A stretch of DNA of 64,000 nt from NCBI RefSeq assembly GCF_964355755.1, contig NC_092678.1:9068422-9132421 (forward strand), in the 5' to 3' direction. Below the pieces are notes generated by a model that worked only from the letters and a program-made list of their open reading frames with translations, did not search any database and was not told the origin of the DNA. The translations under genes were made by a program, and so were the position numbers. This DNA is from Antedon mediterranea (lineage: Eukaryota; Animalia; Echinodermata). This document shows positions 50,931-64,000 of the stretch, piece by piece. Positions within the stretch are counted from its first letter, which is position 1, and each line of letters starts with the position of its first letter.

Positions 50931-52659
50931 ACTGTGATATAAACCAAATAAAAAACAGTAGTCAGCAGCCCAGTCAAGTGTATTTATCGTTCACATTCAT
51001 TATACACACCATGTACTTGCATCTAATACAACCGTTTTACTCATACCGTTCTTGTTAAAATTATATATAGGACCAACAACCTGTAGACTAATATGCAAAT
51101 TATCTCGGTATGCAATTGCAAGTATTTACAAGTACAGTAAAACGACGAGGTCCGAAGATACCATCATTTTTTAAAAGAACCATCTCAAAAAGAAGCCCTC
51201 TTTGAGTTGCAAAAGTAATCTAAAAAAAAAAACCATATCGAAATCAAGCCTAGTGGGCTTCTTTTCGATATAAAGAGTAAGGAATAGAAATGTATATGAT
51301 CGTGTTTATCATATTAAATATCAAAATATTAATGACTGTAAGGTAATTTACAAAATAATAATCTCCGCATGTGTATAAGCCCAGTTACTCATCGGGACTA
51401 TAATTGGTCTATTTAATGATCGGTCCAATACACGGAGAAAAGTTTATGGTGTCATTTTGAAAAAATATACAAAGCAAATGTATATATATTCACTTTGATG
51501 TCAGGATGGGATGATTCAAAATAATAATCATGCTCTGTTAATTACCATCCTGATGCAAAAGCTCCCTACTATCATTAAAAACCAATATGGCCATCATTAT
51601 TTTCTATCAGGAAACCATGGTCTAGTAAAATTTTAAAAAGGCAATAGAATGGTTCCTCAAAACTATTTAATCCATTGTGCTTGCCCAAGGATTCACAATT
51701 TGCCAAGAACTTTGGAACTACATAACCTTTAACTGTGAAAACAAATACAAAGAAACGATAAAGTACAGCAGCACAAATTCAAATTTAATTATTTCTTTTC
51801 TTAGAAATAAACGATAGACAATTTGGTGGGCTGGGAAGATTTATAGAGCACACAAAAATTCTTTAAATATTTACATTACCTAATAATTTGTACATAAACA
51901 TCACGTTATAAAAGAGACATCTATCAATTTTCAAACTCTAAATAAAGTATTGCATAAATGTTAGTGAACCACTTATTATGTTAATGTAATTATCGCTGAC
52001 ATTGCCAGTGAAGTGAATTTTCTTTAAATCAGGAATTCACACACAATTTACAGTAAAAATCAATTTTGCTGTAATGTATATTAATTGACATTTGGAATAT
52101 ACAAGTTGACAACGCAAGTACACTGCTAGCCTGTGGCTTAAAGCAATGCACATCAACGCATAATATTAATTGGAACGACTGATGACTGTATTAAATTCTT
52201 GAATTGAAAGAATAATTGAGAATGTTACACTGTATAATTAGTGCACTACCTTGGGTAGAAAATGAACACTTTCTAATTTTCCTGTAACTATGTAGAAAAT
52301 GTGACACTTTACATCAAAATTGAAGATTAATGTTCAGGTATTTATCAATATTTCCTAGAACAACTGGTTGAATAAACTTACAAATTTTCCTTGAATGTAG
52401 AAATATAATTCTTGATTAAAAATTAAATACACTCAGACAGATGAAGTTTTAACTAGGATATACTATTCAGTCCATATTCAATTCTTATGTTAGAGATAAA
52501 AAAAAAGTCACCAAAACAAAACAAATCTTCTACATCTTTCCATTAACTGGTTGGTAAATACTCTGGAAATGACTATTATATAATATATTTTATCATTATA
52601 TAGTTCTTGTACTAAATCGACACCAGAAGCACCTCACTGTCAATTCTACCTTTCATTAG

Positions 52660-55600
52660 TTAAGCATGAGTAGCTTGTAATGAAGTCGCTGTTGTATGTG
52701 GGACCATCAAAGGCAAAGCCAGCGAGACATCTGTTTCAAGTTCAAGTCTACTACTTGGTGCTCTTGAAATTGGAGTTTCTCGCATGTCAAGAGTAAAAAC
52801 ACCATCACCTTGATCCTCTACTGCTTTGGTCTTGTTGGGTTTAGGTTCACGATCAGGTGACTTCTGCTCAAAGTTCAGGGTTTCTAGGTAGTCAAAACCA
52901 GGTCCGAAATTTACAGGAATGGGATCATCACTCCAGCTTACATACTGTATTTTTGACGACAATTTCTGATACATAGTTCTGAAATATTAATAAAAGTATT
53001 ACCATATAAATTTCATTTGCAAAACATTAAACATGCTATCATTGAAGGTCACTGCCACTAAACTATTGATTACTGATATGGATTTTTTGCCATCCATTAA
53101 ATGTTTTTAATGTTTTAAACAGATTATTTTTTTTAATATCCTGTTTTTATATTACTATTTAACAAAACAATTATTATTTCTTGGTAGCAGAAAAAGGCCT
53201 GAACAGCCATTTTTGAGTTTCCGATAAAAGAATCACTGGATGCAATCGTACAAACTATTTTCTATGCAAAATACTGTATATTCACAAAGATGCATTGTTC
53301 CCCAAAATATTAAAAAAATCAATTAAACATTTTTAATAAGCCACTTTCATAGTTTTATTCAATTTATAGTTGTTATTATTATAAAACCCCAAAATAATGA
53401 TTTTACTTATAACATTACAAAATAAACTGTTGTTGGTTGATTATTTTTATATTTAAATTTTTTCCAAATATTATGTGACCTTAAAATGGCATATTCTACA
53501 AAAGATTGTTTAAAAATTATTTTTGCATGGCGATAAAAAATATTATAGAATATTGTGTATTATGCTCTTCTATTCTTTTTATTTGAACTAAGTTTATTTT
53601 GTAAGGAAAATATCAATATCAATCAATCAATCAATCAAATCAATATTGAGAAAGTCTCTGTTTGAAAGAAACACAAGCATTTTAATTCTTTGTGAAATCT
53701 TACTTTGAAACTCCTCGGCAGTAGAGCATTGTCAGGATTTTTAACCTCTTGCATCCCTTTCGCAAAAACTTCAAAGCCCGGTCGGTGATTGTGAAACAAC
53801 CAGAAATGTCAAGGTCCATGAGGTAATGACATACGCCAGATAAGTATTGAAGACTGAGATCATTTAACTATAAAAAAAAAGCAAATTATTATGCTATTGA
53901 TCGCTCATTAAAACAGAGTACAGTGGTAGAGCCCGGTTTCAATTTGTGTGGTCTTATAAATATATGTGTGGTGGCTGGTACCACTCTGGGATGGATCCTG
54001 GATTTTTAAATGTTTAAACTTTGCATGGATTCTCGAAAAAAAAAAAAAACACCGAGAAGACAAACCTGAATACAGCCTGCAAGGTTAAGGACACGTAAAT
54101 GACGACAACAGAAAGCTAAATTCTTGATAGCATTATTTGTAAGTTGTGTGCAATGTGAAACATCTAGTCTGTCAAGTTCGCGGCACTGTTGCGCAAACTT
54201 TTGTATACCAAGATCCGTGATTTGGAAACACTCAGCTAAGGTAACATCTCTTAACTGCACATTATTCCCCAGAGCTGCTAAACCCTGCAAGCACAAATGA
54301 CACAATGTAATTAAAACAATTTAAACATGTACCAATTATTTATTATGCAATATTAATAAACAAATTGTTTTATTTGTGTATTAAAACCTTATCCACAAAG
54401 CAATTGTAAGCTTGACACAAACCATATATAAAGAAAATATTCATTCATTCTGTTATTTAAAATTCCATACCAATAACAAATGCACAATCTATAAAGGCTT
54501 TATTATTATGTACTACACAGAAAGCATTGCATACACCCAATATGCACATCAACATCTTACAAATAATATATAGATACAAACAACGAAAAGTATGGATAGA
54601 TAAAATCAGATAATTCTATACATTATTTTTCAAATATTCAATAAAAAACTCTTGACGCTTAAGTGAGGGCATGTGGCGCAGCATGTCATGAAATCAAGGT
54701 TCGAACCCAACTCTCGCCGCATTGCTTGTATCCTTAAGCTCTCCACCCACGTGTATAAATGGGAACCCTGTTAGATCAAGACACAACCTTGCACTGATTA
54801 CTAGCTGCATTATAGGAGTATATTTCTATACGTGTTTGATCCAAAAAAATGACTGGGGTAATAATGTTCAGTGCTTACATTAGGCTCTTTATAAATCCAG
54901 GATATTTTTATATCAATATTGATCAGGTATAAAACCATTAAAATATGCATTACAATTAGATTACATCCGGCTCTCAATTGGCATATTTGATATGCAACTT
55001 TGTAGAGTATACTTTTGAATTTATATGGTAAATTGTAAAATGATTGCGCTCAACAATCTCAATGCTCAAAATACTCCCCAATCGAACACGCCAAACAAAT
55101 ATTCAAACATTATCAAGTACAATAGAAAAACTACATACTGTACCTCTAATTTACTCCCGGTACAGTATTTGTTGTAGATTTAGCAAAAAATAAGTATATG
55201 AAACAGCAGCATTATTTAAGATATTTTCCATTATTAATGTTTTTGTTGTATCACTTTCTAACCGTGGATGGTAACCCTGTATGGTAACCGTGGATGGTAA
55301 CCCTGTATGGTAACCCTGTATGGTAACCCTGTATGGTAACCCTGTATGGTAACCCTGTATGGTAACCCTGTATGGTAACCCTGTATGGTAACCCTGTATG
55401 GTAACCCTGTATGGTAACCCTGTATGGTAACCCTGTATGGTAACCCTGTATGGTAACCCTGTATGGTAACCCTGTATGGTAACCCTGTATGGTAACCCTG
55501 TATGGTAACCCTGTATGGTAACCCTGTATGGTAACCCTGTATGGTAACCCTGTATGGTAACCCTGTATGGTAACCTTGTATGGTAACCCTGTATGGTAAC

Positions 55601-58600
55601 CCTGTATGGTAACCCTGTATGGTAACCCTGTATGGTAACCCTGTATGGTAACCCTGTATGGTAACCCTGTATGGTAACCCTGTATGGTAACCCTGTATGG
55701 TAACCCTGTATGGTAACCCTGTATGGTAACCCTGTATGGTAACCCTGTATGGTAACCCTGTATGGTAACCCTGTATGGTAACCCTGTATGGTAACCCTGT
55801 ATGGTAACCCTGTATGGTAACCCTGTATGGTAACCCTGTATGGCTCCTGTGGACTTCTTTCAATTAAATTGTCATCATCATGTTTTAATACTTATTTTTA
55901 ATAACCTATAGTTCTATATTATACATAAAACAAAAAGATGTTGGTATCAAAAGGAAAAACTGATTAATAGGTAGGTCTATTCATCAAATTGTCAAAGTAC
56001 AGAAAGAGTGATTTTGTAATACAGTAATTGATGGCTCAAGTAAACATACAAAGATGATAGAGAAAAATGACTGTATATCTATGGTTTATATCCAGTAGTT
56101 TAGACAGACTGATTTACAACAATAGATTAGTAAATACTATACAGCAAACAAAATGTATTACTTACGGTATCAGCCAAACTACAACCTGAAAGGTCAACAG
56201 AGGTCAAGGAGAATAGGTTTCCTAGCATTTCGCCACCAGCATCGGTCACATGTTCGCAGAAACAAAACACACCATAAACCAAACTGTAGCATCTGTTGTA
56301 ATAGAATAATCACTTTCAAGGTTTTGGAAATCTCACAATGTTGTGTTCAATCACCTGATGTTTTACAATGGTTAGCATCAAAATCATTGTGATTTTCTTG
56401 TCAAATTTTTTAGTCTTTTTACAACACCATATACTGTACTGTACTTACTTTTGCATAATCTTCATTATAGAAATGTCACTGACACGAACACAATTTGTAA
56501 AATTCATCTCCCGTATCTTTGGTCCCGATGGACCTTCTACAAGAACTCGTACTCCATTATCACTAATTCTATTAATAGAAAAAAATTCATTGGTCTCTAT
56601 TAAGGATATGCAGAAATAATTCTGTAAACAAAGTTATCACAGAACAAAACAATAAATTATTTATTATTATACGTTTTAGTATTAATCTATATCATAATAG
56701 CACTAAGCTAATGTATTCTATCCTAACCCACGAGCACCATTCGAGCTGTGTGTTACTTGACGATTCGGCACACTTTTAGGATAATATAATGTCTGACTAA
56801 AAGAGAGGCTTAATTCCATTAGCTCCTGGTAGCATTTTAAGATATGAAATATTGTGAATACATTATGCTAACATTATGTTTTGTTATTTTTTGGCTGATC
56901 ATCAGGATGCCCGGCTTTGAAAGGGTTGAGAGTATTAAGCACTTTCTGCACTTGCCAGGTATAGATGACAGGCGGTGGGCGGCTGGCAGGCAAATACTCT
57001 TAAAGACTAGATAGATCCCCACAGCATAAAAGTTCCGGTGTACCCGATGCGATCTGACTAGGGAACAACTTTTTTTGTGGCAATTAACAAGTTCTCTAAA
57101 GTGCAACATTTTTTACGTGACAGACAATGCAGATGGATATTTAACTTTCCCTCAGCAAGTCACATTTTTGGTGGGGGGAGGGGGAAGGGGTGTTCGTGTG
57201 GGAACATCAAATAAGGACTGTGCATAGTGCGTTGAAACCATTATTGAATAGCTGTGGATCTTCTGTGTGATGAAATATTTTGGCATACGGTAGGTAACGT
57301 CACTAGAAGAAATGTTTGTATAGGTGACGTAGTTATCATCAAGGATGCAAATGCACCATCCCAATGATTGGAAGCTTGGTCTGATTGTGAAAGTGATGAA
57401 AAGCAAGGATGATCTCGTAAGGAAGGTCAAACTTTATCATCAGAGTGGTCAGTGTGAGTTGTTAGTAGCCAGCAATTCTTGAAGTGGTCCAATCCCTGTC
57501 AGGGAGCCAATCCTTTGATGCGAAATTTGGAAAATGAAATCAAGAACTTTGAGTATTTTGTGAACAAATAAACTTTGTTTTTGATAAGAACTTATGTTAT
57601 GCTTGAACAAGAACTTTATTTAATTTACAAGGACTCCAATATTAATTTAATTACTTTACGTCCTTGAGGGAGCCATGCTGCAGAGTACATGTATTTATTT
57701 TACTTTAGTTTCTGTTATTCTAGAAGTTTCTGCCCTATGAATACTGTATTCATTTATTACTTTCTTATTTGCATTCTCATTGACATATTATTTGCCAAGT
57801 GTGCACAGTGTGCTGTTTCTCCTTTGTTTTTCTTTGTCCTGATTTTCATTTGCTCTGCTCAGTTGTTGTTTGCCTGTGCAAGGGTATGTAGCCATTCATT
57901 TTGCTTTACCATGCTCCTGCTCTATACTCTACAGTTTTAAACTATTATTTACACCTTATTTCTATTGGATATTACTGGGATATTTCTTTTGTTTTGGATT
58001 ATTACTTTGCAAGTGCTGATATTATTTTGGATTAAAGGAAGTACTTTGAACATTAAATTTACTCTTTAATTTAATTTCTGTATCTTGCGTAAGTTAAAAC
58101 GGGAATCAACAGCGTCTGACCTAATTAGTAGATCCAATTAAAGTGCTATTTAAGTCTAAATGTACTTAAATTTATTTAATAAACTTTTATTTCACTTCAG
58201 AACTTAGTCTGTGGCCTATTGCAGAACAATAATATAATCCTAAACTGAACAAGATATTAAGGATGACTTTCTTACCTGATACAATCTGCAAAGTTGACAA
58301 TGTTAATGTTACGGCAGGTGGCAATAGATTTGAGACTTGCATCTGTTAATCGAGGGCAGTCTACCATGTAAACATGACGTAGGTCGCTGCACCATCTTCC
58401 TATGTACTTTAACGAAGCATCAGTTATTTTGGTATTGCCTGTTTATAAAAAATTTTAAATAGAAATGTTATATAACATGATTAAATTCAGGGAAAGAGGC
58501 ACTAGATATTTAAAAGATTAAAAAATGATAGATACAATGTTTTAACCACATATTATACTATAGTGTACTATAATATCTCTGTCAGAATGACACACTATAC

Positions 58601-61472
58601 TTCATAGCCACACATAAATACTGTGCTGTAGGTAATCGCGGCATTTCATTTTTGACATACTGTATGTAAACGTTGGAGGGCTATACACTTGCTTGCTGAC
58701 TGCCAGCGAACTAAACAATGGATACGCACTTGTCTGGTGATGTTGAATCATTGGGCCAGCTAACTGTACTGCGGTAGACGCATCAATATCTGGGCTATAT
58801 CATGTTATATCCAGGGACCAAAATGAGTGGTTCCAGTAAAAAATAAGCGATTCTTTCGCAACTCTTGGAAGTCTACGGACACATATTGACTCATACATGA
58901 TCGAGTTTTCAATGTACGAATAACTCTTGGGCACGTATTTGGAGGATTGTCAGAGATGGGGTGAGGGTATTGGCCATGCGAACATGGTTACAGGGTTCGC
59001 TGTAAAGGAGGGTTTGTCCGAACCACAAAATTCCAACATTTGCAAGGTACTATATAATATTATTACCTAATGTATACATCAACAGTACTTAAATTCAGCA
59101 AAGTTTAAGGTAAGGATAAAATGTATTGAAGATTGTTTTCTTTTATATAATTTGTCAGATGGTCATTATATGATTTTCGGTAAGTTAATTGCTTTTACCA
59201 CAAGGGTTATAGGGTCTGAATTAAATAATAATATTGCGGACAGAAAAACGATTATGCCATTGTGACCAGAATTTAAAAAAATGCAGTAACAGTAAAATAA
59301 AGACATTGTGCACACCTGGACATTTTTACACGCTTAAAATGACATGTAACACGTAGAAAGTTGATTAGAAATTGAATTTTAAATTTCAAACGTGCATAAC
59401 TTTCTGTGAAGCATGCCTTTTTTAACCCACAGATACAGTAGTAAATAACATAACTTACACTTTGCTAAGTTTTAATTTAAATTGTTATATGGTTTTCGAC
59501 ATATGTTAAATTCATAAAATCGTGCGTAACTTACGCTGCGCGACTCTAAAATGATATGACAAAGTTTCTTGCACATCTACAGCTACAGGTCAATCTTATG
59601 ACAAAGTTATACAATCTTATGCTGGCCAGAATTTAGAGATACGCTGAGATACGCTGAGATACGCTGAGATACGCTGCCAACAAAATTTGTGGAAAGAAAG
59701 AATATACAGTAGAAGAAAAAAAAAGATCCTCACAATAAAACTGTGTTTTTAACATGAAAGATGTGTTGTCGCCAAATACATGAAAAATGAAGATTAATAA
59801 AATCAGATTTTGAATAGGCAAGAAAAAAAAACAAATAATGTTTTCAGTTAAAGACTCATTCCCTATAATTGTTGACGTTTTGTAAAAATATTGCATATAT
59901 ATATATATTACGTTTTACATTAAACCAGGTCATTTGTCTTAGATGTACATTATATGGTAATTTATGATAAAAAGAGAGAACCAATGTAGCTTGCAGTGAA
60001 TGTCCTGTCGTGTACGGTCTTTAGGCCTAGCCCAGCTAGGCTTAGTTTTGTAGGCCTAGCTGGTAAACAACAGTAACATACAAACATCGCACAGTACGCC
60101 TAAGCTATAGGCCTAGCCTGACGATGTCGTAGTTGCTGTATTAATTGTCTTTCTGTTTTTGCTAGAATCCGTAATACAGATTGGGGAAAACCTGGTGTTT
60201 TCGCTGAAAAGTTACAATTCTTCTATTTATTTTGGCCTTCACGATTGATTGAAAGTACTAGGTGGAAAAACTAAAATATCAATCCGTGGGCAATGTATGT
60301 TGGGATTTATAGACAGCCACTAAAATGATTAGAATCGACTTATTTTTCATATTTTTAACCGTTCAAAGACGAATAAAGTTATCGCAATTAGACCATATGA
60401 TATAGTATTTATTTTTACATAAAATGTAGTTTGTTACCTTAAATTAGATCTAAAATATTATACAAATATGTTTTCAGAGTCTTTGTAAGCCAAATTTTTC
60501 ATTTATGATGTGTTTTTTAGGCCGTGTTGGCCAATTCATTTTGCGTAATTAACATATTTAAAAAATTACACACTTATTATTATTATTAACAACGTCGATG
60601 AAGATGATGTCCAAGCTGCCATCCACTGTTTTGTCATCTGAAATAATTTATTGTAATATAATAGGGTTAATGAATTACCTTCTATTCTGATTTTCTGGAG
60701 CTTCTTGTGTTGCGCAATAACTTTGATCGACACATCAGTAATATTTGGCGTAGCAAGAAAAGACACGTTGCGAAGATTATGACATCGTGATGCCAATGCA
60801 ACAATACTGTCATCCTTAACAGTACTGTTGTCATTCACAGACAAGCTTTGAATATTGGAGCAGCCATTAGCAATATTCTTGTACCCCTCTGATGTAATCT
60901 GTAAAAATTAAGAATTCTTAAATTAACCTAACACGGAAAGCCCACAATACAAATGATCATTTCTTATGTTATTATTTGGAGTAGAAGTTGATCTAATTTT
61001 GGTGAGGAGTACAAACCTCCTTAAATAATTAGGCAGGACCAATTTACCAGGAACCAATGGACATACGTGACTGGAGTAAAACGCGCCTAATTGAGCAAAT
61101 TTATACATGGAATGGCCGCATTTGTAGAAGAATAACTGTTCGGTTTGAGTCCTGAAAATGAAAGCTACAAGACAAAAGAATGTTACATGCCCATCACTGT
61201 CTCTACAGTAACTCTCCGTCTCCTTTATCTATCGTCCAGAAGATGAAAGCTCACATATATCATCTTAAAATGTAAATCACAGCCAATTAAAATGTGAATT
61301 TCTTTTCTTTTGAATATGTATTCTATACTTTTATAGATTTACCTGGCGACATCCTGAGAGATCAAGGTAAATAAGTTTTCGACATCCTCTGCCAGTAGCA
61401 AGGTATTGAAGGCCTTTGTCACTAAATCTCTTACAATATGCAAGGCTCAAATACTGCATATTACAAGACCAC
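52660..61472 (-). CDS. FBXL13: F-box/LRR protein 13 (dynein regulatory complex subunit 6), 3' part; exons 61472-61343, 60898-60679, 58438-58276, 56568-56449, 56292-56166, 54284-54066, 53867-53704, 52978-52660; 5' exons lie beyond the window
   Basis: QYLSLAYCKRFSDKGLQYLATGRGCRKLIYLDLSGCRQ...KIRIEGNTKITDAS...GPSGPKIREMNFTNCVRVSD...GVCHYLMDLDISGC matches FBXL13 LRRs. All introns are GT-AG with consistent phases. Confidence 0.92.
54665..54897 (+). mobile_element. tRNA-derived SINE, second copy with internal deletions
   Basis: gagggcatgtggcgcagc...ggttcgaacccaactctcgccgcat...gtgtttgatccaaaaaaatgactggggtaataatgttcag, matching the reverse complement of 10226-10538. Confidence 0.85.
55259..55843. 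repeat. 13-bp minisatellite (TAACCCTGTATGG) x ~45
   Basis: Near-perfect array. Variants TAACCGTGGATGG (two, at the left end) and TAACCTTGTATGG (~55571). Confidence 0.98.
57190..58111 (+). mobile_element. BEL/Pao remnant (integrase end, PPT and LTR from 57676)
   Basis: VWEHQIRTVHSAL, RRNVCIGDVVIIKD...WKLGLIVKVMKSKDDLVRKVKL, then GAGGGAGCCA|TG. Confidence 0.75.
59636..59675. repeat. 10-bp tandem repeat x 4
   Basis: (gagatacgct)4. Confidence 0.9.
59935..60455 (-). mobile_element. Inverted copy of the left part of the 39548 element
   Basis: Reverse complement aligns with ~39570-40110. Confidence 0.7.
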
Positions 61473-62782
61473 CTAATAAAAAAAATTAATAAAAATACCA
61501 CTCTTTTCAATAGAACATTACACTATTATGTTTATGTATCTTTTTTTACTTTGTATATCACAAACCTAACTTTACTAGACTTTTTTATTAGACAAAAATC
61601 AAATCCTTTATTTATACTGGTTAAGTTCAGCCCCTAATTTTACAATTTATTTTTTGATTTACTGAAGTACTGCTGTTACAGTAGTGTACACAATTAATGT
61701 TTATGATTTATGAGTGCAATGCAGCAAATAATGTTATGAGGTTAAAGATGAAAGTCTATGCAAAATGTCCCATTGCACTATATAAAACAATAAGGCAGCA
61801 ATCACATTGGACAGGGTGACACTTGGTGATTTTCTAAAGCGCAGTCAACAATCGTGTCTCCTAATTCGGTTGCCCACTGTGTAACACACAAGAATAATAT
61901 TGTAGTGTCTAGAGTGTATCATACCAACAATCATTCAGTAAAACGACATTAATATTGCTACTATTGCGAAAAATCAAGAACCAAAAGAGAAAACCAATCA
62001 CAATATGTATGGCAAACATTCAGAGAGAAACAAAAATGTTCACACTTGTACATATGCACAACAACAGATTGAAAAGCGTTTAAGAAGAGCTATTGCTACT
62101 ATTTCTGCTGTAGTGCTAATGTTACTACTACTTTAGTATTTTCCAATATTCATTACAAATTCGGCCATCTACAGTAAGCCCTTAATTTGCATATTCAAAA
62201 TGGCCCCCATCGAAAATTATAAAATGCATATACAAGCCCAACTTTAAAGTGGAGCTCCCACCCAGAAAATTTATATTTTTCATACATTTAAACTGTTATT
62301 TAAAAATATCATCCCTCGTACTTCATATTTTGTAAAAATTGTTTTCAATATGTACGATTTTCTTGAAAACCCCGCCTTTTTACTATTTTTTTGTGGGGGG
62401 AGGGGGAAAAATGAATAATATCTTAAAAATCTGTCAAAGTGGGATTTGGATTATTTGGGTCACTGGATATTTATTATTTTAATCAATTGCACAAAAATAC
62501 TAAATGAGATAATTTTGTAATTATTTTTATGGTGTGTGATGGGAAAAACGTTGGTCTACGGTTGGGAGTAAAAAAAAAAGCTAATTCGCATATTAATGAT
62601 GCCATGTGACGTCATTACAGCTATTTTGGCATTCCTGTTTTTTGTCAATTCAATGGCTTTCTCTCTGGATATTGATGAAGATATGTATAATAAATAATTA
62701 TTTTTATCGTTTTATAAAAAATTGCATAAATCAAAGTTTTAGGTAAAAATTGTAGAAAAATGACATTTTCCAAAAAAATCTC

Positions 62783-64000
62783 TGTTGCTACAGTAAAGTT
62801 AGTACTGTATTGTTAAACACCATGCGGTGTTTTTGGCTTAGTCAGCCGTAAACAATCATCTCAAAGGTCCTGTAAACACTCATCTCATTCAAAAAGGCAC
62901 TCTTCTAATCATTCTGAACGATCCCGTAGTACTACATCAAGTGTAAGGAGAGATCATATAAGAATGTTGGAGAAAACCAAGGAGGCTGAATTGAAGGCTG
63001 AATTGGAGTACAGTACAATGGAACAATGGAGTTAAAGCATCATAAGTTTATGCTGGATCGTGATGCTACTATACAAAAGCTTGAGTTAGACAAGAGACGA
63101 CTAGAGCTTGAAACTGAAACTGCACATATGAAGCAACAAAAGGAATTAGTCAAGTGTCAGGCGAGATTAGATGTCTTGCGTGTTGGTGTGGACAGTGATG
63201 AATCACAGTCATTACCGAGTAGTGATGAAATGGAAGGCACTCCTTTTCACTTGCAAAGATTCCTAGATGGTTTGCCAGGAGCCGCCGAGACTGTTCATCC
63301 TATCATTTCCAAACAGCATTACGCAACCACAATGGCAAGTCATACTGGTTGATCCATCTTCACCTGAGCCACTAACACCTAACCATCTACTCACCATGAA
63401 ATCCAAGGTATTGCTTCCACCACCTGGGGTATTTCAATCTGCAGATCTACAGTATATTGTAGACGAAGATGGAAAAAGAGTGCAATACATGGCCAACCAA
63501 TTCTGGAGCCGATGGAGGAACGAATACAACGTTACAACCTCGAAAAACTTGGAACTGTACCAGACGCAATATGCATGTGGGTGACGTGGTCCTTATCAAA
63601 GATGATCAATGTACCAAGAAACAGTTGGAAACTTGGGTTGGTTGTAAACATCTTCACCGACGATGATGGTCTCGTTAGGAAAGTTAAGTTGCGTCACTAA
63701 AGAGGTTACTTGGAGCGGCCAATTCACAAGCTACGGCTACTCTTAGCTAACAACGATTTGGATGAATCTAGTAAATAGAGGTCCATCCCTGTCAGGGAGC
63801 CTTATAATTTTGTGTTATGACTAAAACAAATATGATTTTGAAATAATTTCACCATAAAACGTTTATTATTTATTATATTTTATTATTATTCTTTAAAAGT
63901 TTAAAATTGTATGTTTATGCCAGGATTTAGTATAAAAGTCATCCTGACAGGGAGCCATGTTGCTACAGTAAAGTTAGTACTGTATTGTTAAACACCATGC
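62783..64000 (+). mobile_element. Short internally deleted BEL/Pao element (runs off the window)
   Basis: The LTR start tgttgctacagtaaagttagtactgtattgttaaacaccatgc is identical at 62783 and 63958, the latter after PPT gacagggagcca. A Gag N-terminus is joined to the integrase end (EPLTPNHLLTMKS...VQYMANQFWSRWRNEY; DDDGLVRKVKL). Confidence 0.85.

Noticed and set aside
55259-55843. Functional link between the TAACCC-containing array and the Apollo gene
   Set aside because: They are 51 kb apart, the array is not (TTAGGG)n, and nothing beyond co-occurrence supports a link.
55258-55863. 201-aa ORF with (GYHTGLPYRVTIQ)n
   Set aside because: Translation artefact of a stop-free 13-bp minisatellite inside an FBXL13 intron.

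Overview
AT-rich, intron-containing animal genomic DNA. It is probably from a marine invertebrate deuterostome such as an echinoderm, which is an inference from gene and repeat content. Four host genes can be rebuilt from the sequence: DCLRE1B/Apollo (single-exon CDS, +), MRPS25 (4 exons, -), an ARMC10-like gene (5 exons, +, head-to-head with MRPS25) and the 3' part of FBXL13/DRC6 (8 exons, -, convergent on ARMC10). The rest is dense, nested transposon sequence. It includes an intact, very young Mag-type Gypsy element (260-bp LTRs identical by eye, 5-bp TSD, tRNA-Ser PBS, 1291-aa ORF), three decayed BEL/Pao elements, many LINE fragments, two tRNA-derived SINEs, hAT, Academ, Sola-like and Myb remnants, MITEs and minisatellites. 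The most notable observations are: (1) pervasive TA-duplicating micro-insertions (TACAGTA/TACTGTA, TACCGTA, TAGGCCTA), with TACCGTA and TAGGCCTA shown to be insertions by comparing repeat copies inside the window; (2) a spliced remnant with an HMG-like helix and a TFII-I (GTF2I)-like repeat between transposase remnants; (3) ARMC10-FBXL13 adjacency as in human but with changed orientation; (4) an Apollo protein with no YxLxP TRF2-docking motif. No CRISPR arrays, rRNA or true tRNA genes were found. All family assignments come from motif recognition by eye, with no database searches.
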